From Tubiluchus corallicola (lineage: Eukaryota > Animalia > Priapulida), in contig JAQGDQ010000242.1 of the NCBI GenBank assembly GCA_030141605.1, forward strand, positions 186,001 through 250,000: a stretch of DNA of 64,000 bases, in the 5' to 3' direction. The stretch's first letter is position 1. Each line of letters opens with the position of its first letter. Of this stretch, positions 39,801-54,929 are shown piece after piece. The translations under genes and the position numbers were made by a program. The notes below the pieces were generated by a model. That model worked only from the letters and a program-made list of their open reading frames with translations. It was not told where the DNA came from and searched no databases.

Positions 39801-42800
39801 TTGAAACCAAACTTCGTAGACAGGAAGAAAATAATTACGAAAAAAAGAAAGTGCGGATCGAACCCTAAAATACTGCCCCGTCCAAAGCCAACTGTATAGC
39901 AAAACTCAGTAATCTTCCAACTGGGATAAAATCTTAGAGTTAACCTAAAGAAATTTATGATTGGGAACACCGTCCGCAATGACAATTCTTAATACAGTGA
40001 CATTAATCTGTACAGGCATTTGTAGCAGCAAAAGTACCCTATACATTGCCGTATATTTCACATTTCCCACAAACCGTTTCTGAACGTACATGCATATCGT
40101 GTTTCCCAGAGCCGTTTCTTACACACATTTTTGTCTGTTTCCTTGTAACTATTGCAACACGTCAATTCACGACTGCAAACTTCGGCTGATCGGTGTTTTT
40201 GAAATAACTGAGTCTGTTAACAATGACTATTGTTTATAAGCCGGAAAACTTATTATTTCAATAAACAACCAGAACTGAAAAAGCATGTTAAGTCATGTCC
40301 TTTAGAACTGTTCACAGTGTTCAGTAACAATTCATTTTTTCTCTTTTGGATTTTTTTTTTCAATATATTTGTGCAACATAGCGTAAATATGTTGTTTATT
40401 GCTTGTGTTTTTATTTTATAACACTTTATTTACACGTACCTTTCTTCTCATGTTATTATTTTATCACACTTTGTTTACATGTATGTACTTACATGGATCA
40501 TCCAACACTGTTGTGCTCGCAGTGCTCGAAGAAATAGCCAAAGTTTCCCAAATTAGTACTGGCCCAGGAAGATTTTGCGTCATCTTTCAAACTATGTAGG
40601 ACACGAAGCGTTCAAGTGGTACCCACAAAGAAAGCGATTTTTTGGAAATTTTGATTCCTTAATTTCTGACGTATTCTTATCAACAATTCACTCAGTTTTA
40701 GTAATAATCAAAGTGCTCTTATTTCATGTACACTGGCAAGAGAATTGAAAGAAAAGCAGTTAGGTCCAAGCTATGAATCTGGACACAGCACGCTGACACG
40801 AAACTAGCATCTGATGCCAACTAATTGCACCTAAATCACTGTTTTTCTGCCCAAGCTGAAGCTAAGCAAACCAAGATGCCAATAAAAGAGAACCATACGG
40901 TTGTCATTAGCTATTTTAAAGAAGGCACCTTTTTTTAAAATTTTATCTTGAACATTCGCCGTGCAGTTCTGCCCGAGAGAAAGCAATAAACGACGCCTAA
41001 ATAGTAAAATTTAGCGGTTGTAAATTTACTATGGAGCCTAAGAAACATGTACAGTATATAAAGCACTTCCCAATGGTTTCTATTCCAGTTTTCTGGTGCA
41101 GTTAGTGAGGAAATTTCGTTCGGCTAAACACTGAAATGCAGTTTGTCTCTTGATGAATTCTAATTTGCACTTTTCTATAACGCCACTCGTTTTGCAGACT
41201 AAACGATAAAGTAGTTCAACCGTCTTCTTTGCTTTTCTTGGAATTTCTCTGCATACAATGACACAACACGTTGCACCAATTAGTGACTAGTTAGAAGCTG
41301 TTACGCACGTTGTTTGGCATGCAGACGTACTTCACTCAGACTAAACAAATTACATTAAAAACAGAAAACGTGTCCAAAAATGATCAGAAGAGTTCACGCC
41401 AATCCTGTCAGATTCAAACGACATAGCATCTCTGTTCTTTTTACACATAAGCAAAGATAACCCTCATCTTACCCTGTGTAACGTCTGAACACGGACTCAA
41501 ACTAAGCTTCCCAAATATTTGCCCCAGTGAACCTGATACACCTTAACAGCAAGTCCACCGTTACTTGTGTTTGTTTACCGACTGACCCAACTAAAATCTA
41601 TTTTTTTCGGAAAATGGCGAGCAACTTTGTTTTGTAATTCATTCATTAAAATCTCACCAGTGAGTTATAAATTTAACGTGCTGGGTTTGTAGTCAGTGCG
41701 CTGAATATAAAATATGCAATATTTTTATCTCTTTCATTTATTTGTACGTCAACATTTGGCAGCAACAAAGTTCTGAATTTCAACCTTGAATGTAAGTGTA
41801 GCGTAAATATGAGATGTTAATGATATAGACCATGAACTTAATATTAATTTTCAATGCTTCATAGTTTAGAGAGTCATTATTTTGGTCAAGTGAGTCACGG
41901 TTGCTCTGAATGGGAGCAGTTTCTTGTCAAATGCCAAAACGTAAGAAAATAATATTATGCCCTAAATACATGGTAGAAACAACAAACTGCTTCATGTGAA
42001 CCCGTGAGGAGTCTCAGCCACCTAAAACGGCGGTAATCAGAAAACTGGAACTGGAACTTGATATGCAAGAATATGCAAGTCTCCCTTCTAAACTGCAGCC
42101 AAGTGTGAACCTTTGCTGTGTATTGCACCATCTCTAACTACCCCCCCCCCCCCTCCCGACTCATCATGTTCTGTGGCCTAAACCAAACATAAAACGTCAC
42201 CTGACAGGAAATTAAAATTCATAAGCGCCACGTTGAATGTCCCTAACAATCCTAGATTAATCAAAATTACATTTTTCTTAGTGAACAGTTTTAGCTAAAT
42301 TATGCAGCTAACGGACAAAGCCATAAAATCAAATACTGATTTTGGTAGCTCTCACTCGAGCGTCCTCTTTTTATCTGCACTTCAGTATCCCGAACTGCTG
42401 AGAATCCATCAACAGCCTGCTGCAAACCGTTTGAGAAACATCAAAGAAGTGGAAACAAAAAGCAGCAAACTGAAAGATATCATTTTTATTACTTAAAATG
42501 GAAACTATAGTTTGTGAAACAGCAAGTCTCTCCGCATGAAAACCATTTATTGAGTAAATATTGCTGTGGCGATTATACAGAAGCCACACCGTGACGCTGC
42601 TCCTATATTTTCTTGAGCGGAATTATGGGAAACTTTCCGGAATTAAAGCCTCTACAATTATCAATGCCTATCTCCTGCTGGAATTACGTTTTTTTGAGAT
42701 AAGACCCTGGTACGACTCCATGTCACCTGTGTGTGAATCTAACCATGTTTTAGCCTGCACCGACACCATGTTTGATTTTCCCTGCAACACCGCTAATCCT

Positions 42801-44939
42801 AACCTCTAATACCGTCACCAATTAGCGAGTTATTTTTTCTCAGAATTTATACTAATCATGCGCACCCCAAAACTTCTAATGTGTCGTAAAAGACTTTTAG
42901 AAGTATATTGTTCAAGACTTAAGACTTCAAGATAGATTCTTACTATTTATATCAACATGCAGCACGCCAAGCTTGCTCGAAGCCAAGAACAGCGCCACCT
43001 GTAAACTTCTAAACTATGCAGCAGAAAAAACTGAAACAGCTGCTGTAGTCAGCGTTACTGTCTGCTACTTTACAACTTATTATTTGAGGCATACAGAAGA
43101 CGAGAAGTCAGAGTTGCGTATATAGGTCCATTGTATACATTCTGTTCCACTTTACTCCATTCCACTTCACTCCACTTTATTGCCCTCTCCACATCCTTCA
43201 TTTTCAAAACTGAGCAGATGCATAATCCAGCTTTCGTCAGCAGCAATGAATCCAGGAAATGTAGCCTGTCAAACCGAGGTCTCGCTTTCCCTAGTGCCCT
43301 CCAAATTTCGACTGAAACGTTACGTCACCGTAAACAACCACTTGGCCTGATTGAATTACCAATTGCTAAAGTAATGAAGATGCCCAGAGCTGATAAATAA
43401 GCATTCACTTTAAGTATGTAACCCAATGCAGAGACGCAGTAGTGAAGGCAAATAGAAGAGACAACATTCCATTCACACCACCACAGCAAGAAGTGTACAG
43501 AACAGAGTGTTCAGAACAGTGAACAGAAAAGAACTAAATCACATAATGATATGTAGGATAAAAGTTTTACATTAGAGTTTCTAATTAACTTCTCGTTGAT
43601 ATAATTATTATTTATTTTATCCGGCAACTATCCGCACAGCAACGAAATGAAAAAGATTTGTTGTCGCATTTTCAGTGTTAACAAACGCATTATTAGTATA
43701 ATTTACAATTACAAATGTTAGTATAAACAAACAGTAGAAAAACACGTGTCAACAAGCAAGAAAAAACTGAACGAAGTTTTGATAACATGTGAAACTATTG
43801 TTGTCCTGCAGAATGCCACTGCATCTATTCGAAAGCTAGCCCTGTGCGCCAGTATTACATGTGTTAAGCAAAACACATGAAAATCACAAGTTATTTTGAA
43901 ACCTAACGAAATAGTATAGCAATAAATATACTTAGTTATACTATTGTTTAATGCCACAATAAGTTGTGAATTAAATTTAGACAAACAAAACTTAAGACTC
44001 AAGACAAATCTTAAAGTCTACGTGATACATGTTTAAAAGCACTAGACTTACATTGAGGATCATCTTTCCAGCTCGAATCTCCCACAGGTTCAGCTTCCAC
44101 CTCCATCGCCTCTTCAGGCTTACTGGCTTCCGCCATTACTGCACAAACCGGCCGGTTATATCCCGGCAAGCCTCACAACGTTTCACCAATGTACGGCATA
44201 AATATAGGCTTCTTCTGTATGTGGGTTAGCAATGGGTTCTTGTTTAACAAGCTGTCTTGTTTATACAAAGCTGAAATCCGCAGACATTGGTTCTAAGAGC
44301 CAGCAGTCGAGAACGTTAAGCGTGGTAGTTAACTGCTTTATTGATAGAAAATTGGAGAGGCCGTAAACTTTCCGATCCGATTACAGTCACCACCCAGCAA
44401 TCACATCACCGTCTTTGGGTCGCCTAGTAAATCATAATATGTGACCTTTTGACGTGGACGACTCAACAGCTCTCTTAGCCAACGCGTAGAATGGATACAA
44501 GTGCAACAACTGGAGACTTGCTAGTGATAGTCTAGCTGATTTTAATGTTTTTAAGCTGTTTAAAATATTCGAGTCTTTTAACCATTAATATTTTATATAA
44601 GCTTTGGCATTCAACAATAATTAAGACCACGTATCAAAATTCTAGTCAAAAGTTTACCAAGATTTTGGAAAAGTAGTAAGGACATGTAGAGAAAAATATA
44701 CGTTGAAGCACTTTATCAGTTTACACTTCTAAACGTTCCGTGTGAACTCAGTTAATCATAATTTCATGAATAAACAAAAAATAAGGCTGCAGAAAAACGA
44801 AATGTTTGTTAAAAAGTACAACGTAAAATACTGAGGTCAATTTTACCTTCCCGTTTAAATGCACATTTTGATCATTCTTTAAACATGTTTTATATAACAG
44901 TATTCGAATATGTGCACTACGCATGCCTTAAAAAGCAAA

Positions 44940-45156
44940 AGTTGTGTTTACCAAACATCCGGAATGCGTTATGCGTTGTGTGTTATCCACCTGTGGAATA
45001 GCTACGTGTAAAAAAATCAATGGAAAACAGCTGCAGAAAAAATAACGCGTAACGCAGATTTGATAAACGGGCGCATTGAAAACAATATAAACCTTATTTT
45101 ATCTATTCGGCAGCCACATAACGCATACACATTCCGGATGTCTGGTAAACGCCACT
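44940..45156. mobile_element. MITE with ~37 bp TIRs
   Basis: AGTTGTGTTTACCAAACATCCGGAATGCGTTATGCGTT vs AACGCATACACATTCCGGATGTCTGGTAAACGCCACT; no clear TSD. Confidence 0.75.
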
Positions 45157-46181
45157 TGATAATTATTGACGCCTAAGATAATGTGGCTAATTTGCGAGCT
45201 TATTGATTCAGTTCACAGCTAATTCTAACAAACAGAGACTTAATCACAGAGACTGAAAACAATTCATACACAAGCTGTTGAAAAATCGTTGCCCATATGA
45301 AAAGGCACATTTGAATTAAACGACAAATGAAAGAATCACCGTCATGGAAACCTGTGTCCTCGAGAAAACTGCACTGAAATGATGATCACCAACACCCGAC
45401 TAAGAAACTGAAAGCATGAAATTCGAACTGTGGACAAACGTCAACAATCGTACATCCTCTGCGTTGCCAGCGCATCTAAAACACAACCCCCTCTTATTAT
45501 TTTATGCATCTTCAGAGTCAAAACTTCAGCAGCTCCCTTAACTAAACACCCAGTGTGAACTTCATGCTAGAATTCCGCTCTGATTCAATTAATTCGTTGA
45601 GGTAGTTACGTCAAGAGAATTGTGAACATGTGAATATGTCACATATTGGATACGCCCTGGAGGCCAATGTGGATTATAACGTTACCAATAGCATCTGGAG
45701 GAAGTATATAGTCATCACACGATATGCCGGAGTTCTCTATAGAATCCTGATGATTCCAGGTGCTGAAAGCTGGCAAAACTGCGCTATTGACTTGGTTGCG
45801 ACATCTATGGGCGATATGATGAACTAGTCAAAAGTGCTATGGGAAGCCAAGCGAGCCTACCTCTAACCTCGCGTAAAATACTTAATTGGAAATGAAGCAT
45901 ACAGAGTGTTTATAAGGAGTTATTTTACTTTCAAGAAAGTATAGCTCTATTGCCTTTATTAAAAGTTAATTTTGTCATTCCACTCAGCACCGATAGACTT
46001 CAAGAAAGTAATGAATTTTCACGTAACTGATTCTGCAGGCAAAATAAATTATAAGCTACTTTTGCTGCATTAGTTTATTGATTTTCGTGAATATAAAAAA
46101 AACGGCTTTCAGGCCTACTATTCTATCCATCAAAATAAATAAAAAATCTTTAAATCGATGTTTAGTGCTAATACTACATAC

Positions 46182-46311
46182 ATGTTCTTAACTGGATGAT
46201 TTTGCTAAATACGTCGTCAATTCTTAATCCGGATACGTTGGTGGTCGACTGAACAACATTCGGCGGCTCTTCCGGACTGAAGTCATACTCCTCCCAGTTA
46301 ACTCCATCCAT
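46182..46311 (-). CDS. Dys: Candidate alternative first coding exon (distal, utrophin-like); the full exon is 46182-46360
   Basis: strong acceptor ttttatttctctttctgtag at 46361; 43 codons +1 nt, MDGVNWEEYDFSPEEPP...DDVFSKIIQLRT; T|gtatgt donor, phase 1. Confidence 0.75.
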
Positions 46312-49221
46312 TTCCAGAACTTAGTCTCAGCAAGTCTTCATCGAAATTGATTAATTAAGGCTACAGAAAGAGAAATAAAAATATACAGTACAGTATTTTG
46401 AATGACTTGTAAGTAACTAAAACTAGTATTCTGCAGAAAATGCAGAAGAAATTCTAGAAACATCGCAGTCTATATAGTATGTAGACACCAATTATAATGA
46501 GGATATATCTACATTAGTCCTTTCTAATTTGAGGTAGGCCAGGTAGTTTTAATATTCATTTCGGAACAATTACATTTTGGATAAATCGGAATATCGACGA
46601 CTGCGCTAGAGGCCAAAGATCGCTTTATTAAGATGTCGTTTACCTTCAAAACGGTGAAAGATTTTAGGCCTAATTAATGCACGTAGGAAACCGCATAGGT
46701 GATGGAAATGGTAGTTATGGTGATGTCACATATCAGCTTGGTTGATATTTCAGAGGCAACTCTTTTTTCAACTTTAGTTTAATTAATTGTGCCAATTTGC
46801 CAACTCAAAACCCCCCGGATTTTGAACGCACAGTAAGACAGTAATGCAAAAGTGACACAAGCGTACAACTATTCAAGCGTTTACACACTTGAGCTTTTCT
46901 TTGACGACGTTAAATTTGACCTTCAGTGACGTTTACGGTCAAACTAAAAATTCAGCTTAATTCACAGAAATCATAACAAAATTGGTAGACTTAAGCCTAT
47001 ATGCAGAACAATGCGAAGAGGGATGGAAATGGTTGATATTAACACATCTTTATTGTAAAGAGGGAATTTTGCATGCGCCAGCAGAGTTATACCATCAACA
47101 GTGACCATTCACAGCAGGCCTGCTTCTTGCACAGCTAGAATAAAATTTACTCACATTTTATTACAGAACATTTTGAAATTTCGTGTTTCAGGAAGGAACT
47201 GCTGCATCACCTGAAATCTTTAATTTTACTTTTACTGTAAAAAACTGTCCAGCAGATGGCTAGTTAATGAGTTAATGCCTTAAAAGCCTTTACAATGTTT
47301 GAAGCCAGCCTAAAAATCAACTGGCTTCACTGCGCTGTTTATGGTTTTCCTTCACTTTTCTCAAGGCTATATTTTACATTAAATAAATTACGTCGATCGT
47401 TCGTTTATATAAAACGAATCAGAAAACCCAGACTGAATCTCCGTTAATTTTGCAGTGCCCTAAATCAACACAGCAGAAAATTAAATAGCAAAAAGAGTTT
47501 TTCGAGAAACTCTAAAACAGGACTAATGTTCTCAAACCATGGCTGATCGATCCCACACGATATAAATTTGCAGAAAACGGAAGCAGTTCTAGCTGCGATT
47601 TCTGTTTTCTGTGAAGCTACGTGTACATAGCAAAGATTTTTACATGTGCGATATGCGCATGCGGAGACTATATTCTCTGCTACATATATAAAGAATTGAA
47701 ACGTATTCATGTACGTTATAAGAAGCTATATAAAACGAACAAAATGACAGAAATTATGACCGATACAATGCACAAATATTCGATGTTAGAGGCCTATAAT
47801 CCAGGTGACGAGGCTAAACGCGTATACAGGAAAAGGAAAAAAATTCTTACAGGTTGGGCAAAGAAATAGGTCGAATGTAAGATCAATAAAGACCACAATT
47901 GCAGCATGACAAACAACGCTTAAAATATGCACTGCTTGTAAGCAGAAGAGTGGGATGCTATCATAAGCATGATCAGTTCTTATCTCACTTCTTTTCTACA
48001 TGTAGTGTTTATAAAATAACAGCAGATGTGAATTAAAGCAAGTATAATTCTGTTTTTTCTATTAAATGGTTTTAATTTTCTCCGTTTTCAGTGAAGTTTG
48101 GTTACTTTTCCTGTTTTATTAATGTTTTTCTTCCTTTCGTCTTAATTCAAATGTGTTTACTAAACGCTACAGTCATTTTATTAACTTGCTGTGCGCGTTT
48201 TCTGTTAGGTCATTCTGATTAATGTTAGAGTACGATTGTTGCCGCCCTTTACGTTTTGACATTGTACTGGAGCAGTCAAATATACATCTTAGCTGTTGGG
48301 GTGCAATACGGAGGCTCCAGTTAAGCCTTGAAACCTTGCAATGCATGTTGACTGCCATTCACTGCTTGGTTTTCATTCCTTACTTGATTAACAGTTTTCA
48401 TCTTTGGTTGTTTCAACCAGTACCTGCTAAGCTAACAGCTTTTAAGGAAGATGTTGCCATTGTTTGGATTAACCGCCAAATAACATTCTTGGAAGCCTTG
48501 CGAAATATCCAGTTACGGGCCGAAACTGGGCGAAGCATTGTAACTGCTGCCTAAATGGATGTGTTCTTGTAAGCAACAACTGGTGTAAGTGGTCAACTTT
48601 CGTTTTTTAATTTTGTTTTTGGGAAAATATTTTTTTTTGAAACTAAGTTTGTTTCAGAAATGCAGACGATTTGAAAAAAGGACGAAATCAGCAGATCCTG
48701 CCAAAGCAATCAATTTTTATAATCTGTTTTTTTACAATCAGCTAATGACGCAGTTGATTACAGCACTATCAGCTAAGCACAGCACAAGAGAATCTAGCAT
48801 TATAGTCGTTCAATGACAACTGTTTGATCTGCACGAGTAATTTTCTTCCAGTTACTTGTAGGCCTGATACATTCTAGAAAAAGAAGGTTCTGATGAAAAA
48901 CTTCCTTTAACAGTTACTTCTAATTCTAAATAAACTGCAGAATGCAAAATTAATTAAATCTTTTTGAAGTTAGTGTGCTATACTTCCGAACAGTTTAAAG
49001 AAACACGGAAAAGTGAAAGATTCAAACAGAATCTGAAGTGACAAAAATGGAAAACTATAAGTGTGGCTCGAAGCGAGGATCTAGCTTTAAAAGTGACGCG
49101 CAGCAGAACGTAAGCTTACTACGTATTGCTTTTAACCTAATGCTGTTATTTTAAAGTATCATGCCTTTTTATGTGTAATTTTTTTCACCTGCATGGTTTG
49201 TAGTTTAAAAGCCTACTGCGT

Positions 49222-49931
<710 letters not shown>

Positions 49932-49932
<1 letters not shown>

Positions 49933-50060
49933 ATTTTACAACTAAATAACAGAAACTTACCCCGCTTTTTCCCTAAATACCACGCGGGCCAGCAGAACAG
50001 CAGGTGTCATTGTTAAAGTTTTTAGTATGACCGCAGTATCTGATATAGCGTATGACCTGC
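49932..50060 (-). mobile_element. Partial SINE, copy 3
   Basis: reverse complement GGTCATACTAAAAACTTTAACAATGACACCTGCTG...GTATTTAGGGAAAAAGCGGGGTAA...CTGTTAT. Confidence 0.7.
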
Positions 50061-50629
50061 ATGAATAAATTCACTGTTGATGACAGCCAGTGAATGATGA
50101 ACAACACTTGTAAGCACAAGACACAATTTGCCTTCTGGTCATGCAAATCATGTGAGAAATCACCGCTGCCTCTGTGAGAAAAGAACTTTGCTGCTGAAAA
50201 AGTAATCCCACTTGGGAATTTCCCGCAAGTTTGTATGAATAACTGTGCGCCTTGCTCCCTCCATCCTCTGTGTGAGAAGGGCCTAAGAACCACGAAAAGT
50301 GTGCCGCCGAGTTTATTTAAATGCTTCCCAAGTATTGATTCAGACTTCAATGCAGTTGTCAAGCGTTCAACGCATTATTTGATTAGAAGAGATTTTATTG
50401 ACATTGGGGTTAAAGTAGACAATTTTCACAATACGTACAATTTTAAACTTTTTTACATGGCGTGAGTGTGTTGGAATAAGTTCAAAGTTTCATTGGTTTC
50501 AAAATTTCTGCTCAACTCTGCATGTGTAGGGAATATATTGACTAATCCAGGTAAAAAGTCTCAGGGAAAAAGGCGCAGGAAAAAATAACCCCCAACTCTT
50601 ATCCTAATTCTAATCCTAACCCGTACTCT

Positions 50630-51078
50630 AGCCCTAGCCAAAATTAATTGACATCTCAAAAATAATACGTGTACGTTTGAAATACTTGCTGTAGACTATC
50701 ACGTTGTATCTTTTTGTTTTCAACACTCTAAGACTGTCAATTTTTTGCTCTTACCTGTTAATGACAGGTAATAAAGTCACAGGAAAAAAATCAAGGAAAG
50801 AAGTCGGAAGGAGTTTACAATTCATCACAGACAATTTAAATATCCTAACGCTAACCCTAGCCCTAACCTTAACCCTAACCCAACTCCAACCCTATCTCTA
50901 ACCCTAACTCTAACTCTAGTCCTAATCCACGAAGTAATTTCTTGTGTGTGGGGAATTGTAAGTTTTGGCCAATCTTAGAGGGTTGAAAACAAAATGATAC
51001 AAAGTGATAGTCTACAGCAAACATTTCAGACGTACGCGTATTATTTTTGAGATAGACAGACTTTTGTTGACTAGGGTT
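50630..51078. mobile_element. Foldback/MITE-like element with ~105 bp TIRs enclosing a (TAACCC)-like tract
   Basis: 50630-50737 and 50968-51078 are reverse complements (ATCTCAAAAATAATACG...GCTGTAGACTATCAC...CTCTAAGA). Confidence 0.8.
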
Positions 51079-51131
51079 CATTATACAAACGATCTGACAT
51101 TACCATCTCCGTTAGAGATACAACACAGAAC

Positions 51132-51956
51132 CAGTGCCGGATACCCACCAAGAGGGAGTCTCCCGCCAATATAGGTTGTGATGATATGTACCGTATCTAA
51201 TGTATATAGACGTTGCCATTTTTAAAAAAGGACTCATACAAAATTTATGAAATCTCGGGGACATTACATAGGCAATAAATGTTAATAGAAGACTAGCGTG
51301 AGTATTGTAAAAAAATTTATTGAAATAGTTTGGGGAATATAATTTGAATTTTGATATAAAAAAAGTAAAAATGCTTAGTATTGTTAGGATATTGTGAGAT
51401 AGGTCTACGGATATAGCTTACTTTGATGGTATCAAACTGGAGCGGCGAGCGCTGCTTCTCAAAACCCAAATTAATTGAGAACCGATTACGGACATCCGTG
51501 AAGCAGAAACGACTTGTAAATCTGGCTATCATGAGCATCGAGTCAGATATACTGCGTGAATTGGACTTCAATCACATCATCAGTGACTTTGCCGCACGAA
51601 AACGAGAAAAAAGTGTCTGGACTGTAATGGTTATAACTCCATCCATTTTCTGATTTGAACTATATTTACTTGCTAGTTATACTATACTTTTTCATCAAAC
51701 ATTAAATAATTTAAACTGAATTTTTCTGTGTAAAAAATTCGGTAAGAACAACTTGTGTTCATTTCATTTCGTGCTCATGCATCACATGTTATACCATTGG
51801 GAGAATAGTTTCCGTTCAGTATTTTCTAACTAAAAGTGTCCTATTTATATATTTGGATTTAGTTTACTAGTCTGTGGTGTATGCAATAGGGGGAGTTGGA
51901 CAGGGGCCTCCCTTCCAAGAGGGACCTAGGCCTCCCACATGCTTAATCCAGCCCTG
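51132..51956 (+). mobile_element. Internally deleted hAT transposon retaining the transposase C-terminal dimerisation segment
   Basis: TIRs CAGTGCCGGAT / ATCCAGCCCTG; TSD CACAGAAC / TACAGAAC; ORF 51423-51653 SGERCFSKPKLIENRLRTSVKQKRLVNLAIMSIESDILRELDFNHIISDFAARK fits the ERSFSKLKLIKNYLRS family. Confidence 0.9.
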
Positions 51957-52248
51957 TACAGAACCAGTAAAGAACTTACGCTCATGTCGTAACTCTAGTT
52001 GCAGTAACTCCTAGCCATTCTAGTCGGAAATAATAAGCCCCAATAAATTCCGTCTTGCGAATGTCATTGACATTTCTAAATCCATTAATTCAAGTAACAA
52101 AGTGCAAGAGGAGCTACCCGGAAGCCACTGCACTACTCTTATTACATCGCACTAACCGATACAGGCTTCATTGTTAACTTCACGTGACCTGGCATTATCG
52201 TTTATGTGTACATGATTGAAAATACGCCATGTAATAATTAAAGAATAG

Positions 52249-52421
52249 AGATTGCTACGCTAAAGTTTCCAATTCCTCACACACAAGAAACTAGTTCCTG
52301 AAGCGGATTAGGGTTAGGGTAAGGCTTAGGATTGGGGTTAGGGTTAGGGTAGGGGTTAGGGTTAGAGTTAAGGTTATGGGAAGGTGTTTAAATTGTGTGG
52401 GGAATTGTAGACTCTTTCCGA
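52249..52421 (+). repeat. TTAGGG-like cassette; inverted copy of 50805-50962
   Basis: CAATTCCTCACACACAAGAAA - degenerate TTAGGG array - TTTAAATTGTGTGGGGAATTGTAGACTC. Confidence 0.8.
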
Positions 52422-53246
52422 TTGCTAAACTGGACCTTGTATAATTATGAGTATATGTTTATATTTGCTAGTATAGGTTAAAGCTGCTAAAAATTTTATA
52501 CTAAATGAAGCAGGAGTTGCTTTTAACATTTTCTGAGATTGTAATTTTCGCGAAGGATAAAAAATTGCAATGATAATCATTAAAGTGCAGCATGCTGATT
52601 AATTAGCTGTTAATGTCTGTTATGTATTTCCAAATTTGATAAAGCCAAGAACGGGTGAAAAAGTAGAAAAGGAGTAAAAGCCTGCACCGAAATATGGTTG
52701 CCGAAACTTAGATGCTCACAGTCACCTTAACATTTTTTATCGTCTTAATAAAATACTGTGAATACAGAATATATTTATTGAAAACGATAAAAAGTCACGT
52801 TGTAGGTTATGTGCTTGTGCCCAGTACTATCTTTTTATGCAGTTCGGCTGGCTCTGCAGGCTGGAATCCATCATTACTAGTGTAAGAATCGGCTTCGTAC
52901 TCGAACGCATAAATGAATTCTGATGAGCCTTTCGTCAGCTGCGAATACATTTACAGATTGAATTGATTGATGGTTCTAATAATCTAATAGGATAAGTAAG
53001 TGCATTTGATCTATTACGCAAAATACTGACCACTGGGTAACCACCGCTGAACGACACACGCAATTCCGATTTGGAGAGCAAATACACAAGGACCACTATG
53101 TGAAATGGGAATTCTTAATTTGTGTTAATTAATAGTTTAATGGTAAAGCTGTGTTTGGATATCGTGTACTATAACTTTGTAAACTCTGTGGACTAATTCT
53201 GTGTTACCCCTCCGTTGTTAATAACATGCTATGTTGTAAAAACATC

Positions 53247-53445
<199 letters not shown>

Positions 53446-53704
53446 CATGTACTATAAATTTTCTAGCATTGGTTATTCAATTCCTTACTGTTATTTATTT
53501 ATTTCTATTATTTTATTTAAAAGTTAGGATGTACAATTAGGATGTAATTTGTATTCATCGTCATATCTACAATATCTGAAGTAACACTGGGCAATCGTAC
53601 GCATGTAGGCTACTGCATTGCAAACGACGTAGCACTTCAATGAACCTGAATCCGTTTTTCGTTACCAATAGAGTATTAGAGACACTGATTCTGCCCCAAG
53701 ATCT

Positions 53705-53899
53705 ATACCCTTTTCACATGTTGCGGTACCTAGATACCGCGACTAACCCTTTCCTGCAGCAAAACGCTTCGGGGTGCGCCCACACACAAAACGTTCGAAA
53801 ACGGGTTGGTGAAAACGTTTTCAAAACGTTTTAGGCTGCCGTGTGAACACTGTAACCGTTTGTTCAAAACGGTTTACACTTACCTTGTGAAAAGGGTAT
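53705..53899. mobile_element. Short MITE (possibly PIF/Harbinger-type)
   Basis: perfect 14-bp TIR ATACCCTTTTCACA / TGTGAAAAGGGTAT; internal AAAACGTTTT palindromes. Confidence 0.7.
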
Positions 53900-54929
53900 G
53901 AGTCTGATTTGGTGGTCACAAGACGATTAGAAAACCATAACTTATTATATACTCACAGTTCTGTTAATAATTTGGCTTTGATTAACAAGTTCAAGTGCTA
54001 ATGTTTTCTGGTTTTCAAACCAGAAAAATAAGCACGAGGCACCATATAATTAAAAAAATGGTGCATGCTTTAGGGCAATGATAGCTTTATGTGATAGATT
54101 TTACTCGATCATAAAAAAATCACAGTTTATATAATGTACGTTAAATGTTTTGGCTAAAGCAATGCAAACTATGAAAAAAGTATACGATGGACATGTTACA
54201 GACCATGAGCTACTTTGAGTGGCATGCATAGGCCTAAATCATTAAACAATTTAATTTCGTTTACTTACTAAAGGCCTACATGTATCATCCTTTTGAATAA
54301 TAAATCCATTTTAACATTTCACTAAGCACGTACACGTAGACACTAGATGACACACACTATGAAGAGTGGAAAACTGAGAGTCCAAACATCCATCGAGCGC
54401 GACTCTCACAGATAAAAACTTATCATCCAACGCTCATGTCTCATGCTTATTCTTACAGTGGGCATGTTATCGAGAATTTGATCAAATACAGTAGCTTTGG
54501 AGCGGAGAAATTATTGCTTTATCGGGGAGGCCCTCGAGGACTGTCTTGGTCGATTGTCGTCTATAAATGCATGCGTACGACTCGTTTTCGGATGATCGCG
54601 AAGAAGCGTTCACATTTTGGCCTGTCATAATGAACACGTTGACTTTCTTCTAAGGAATGGTCACGTAAGTTGTATACTTTTCTATTTCCTATAAAACCAA
54701 TTATTATTAGCCAACCGATTATTATTTTTTAATCTTATTTTTAAGTAATTTCACATTCATTTAAAATATCCATTAAAAATAAGCTATAAAAGAATAAAAA
54801 CATGAATGTGGGGAGATACGTAAAGAGACAAGCTGTTTACATACGCCTATCATGCATAAGTCATTTATCGAAATTCAAAAACTTCAATCTATTTTTGAAA
54901 AGTTCAGTATTGCCTGCAGTGACCAAAGG

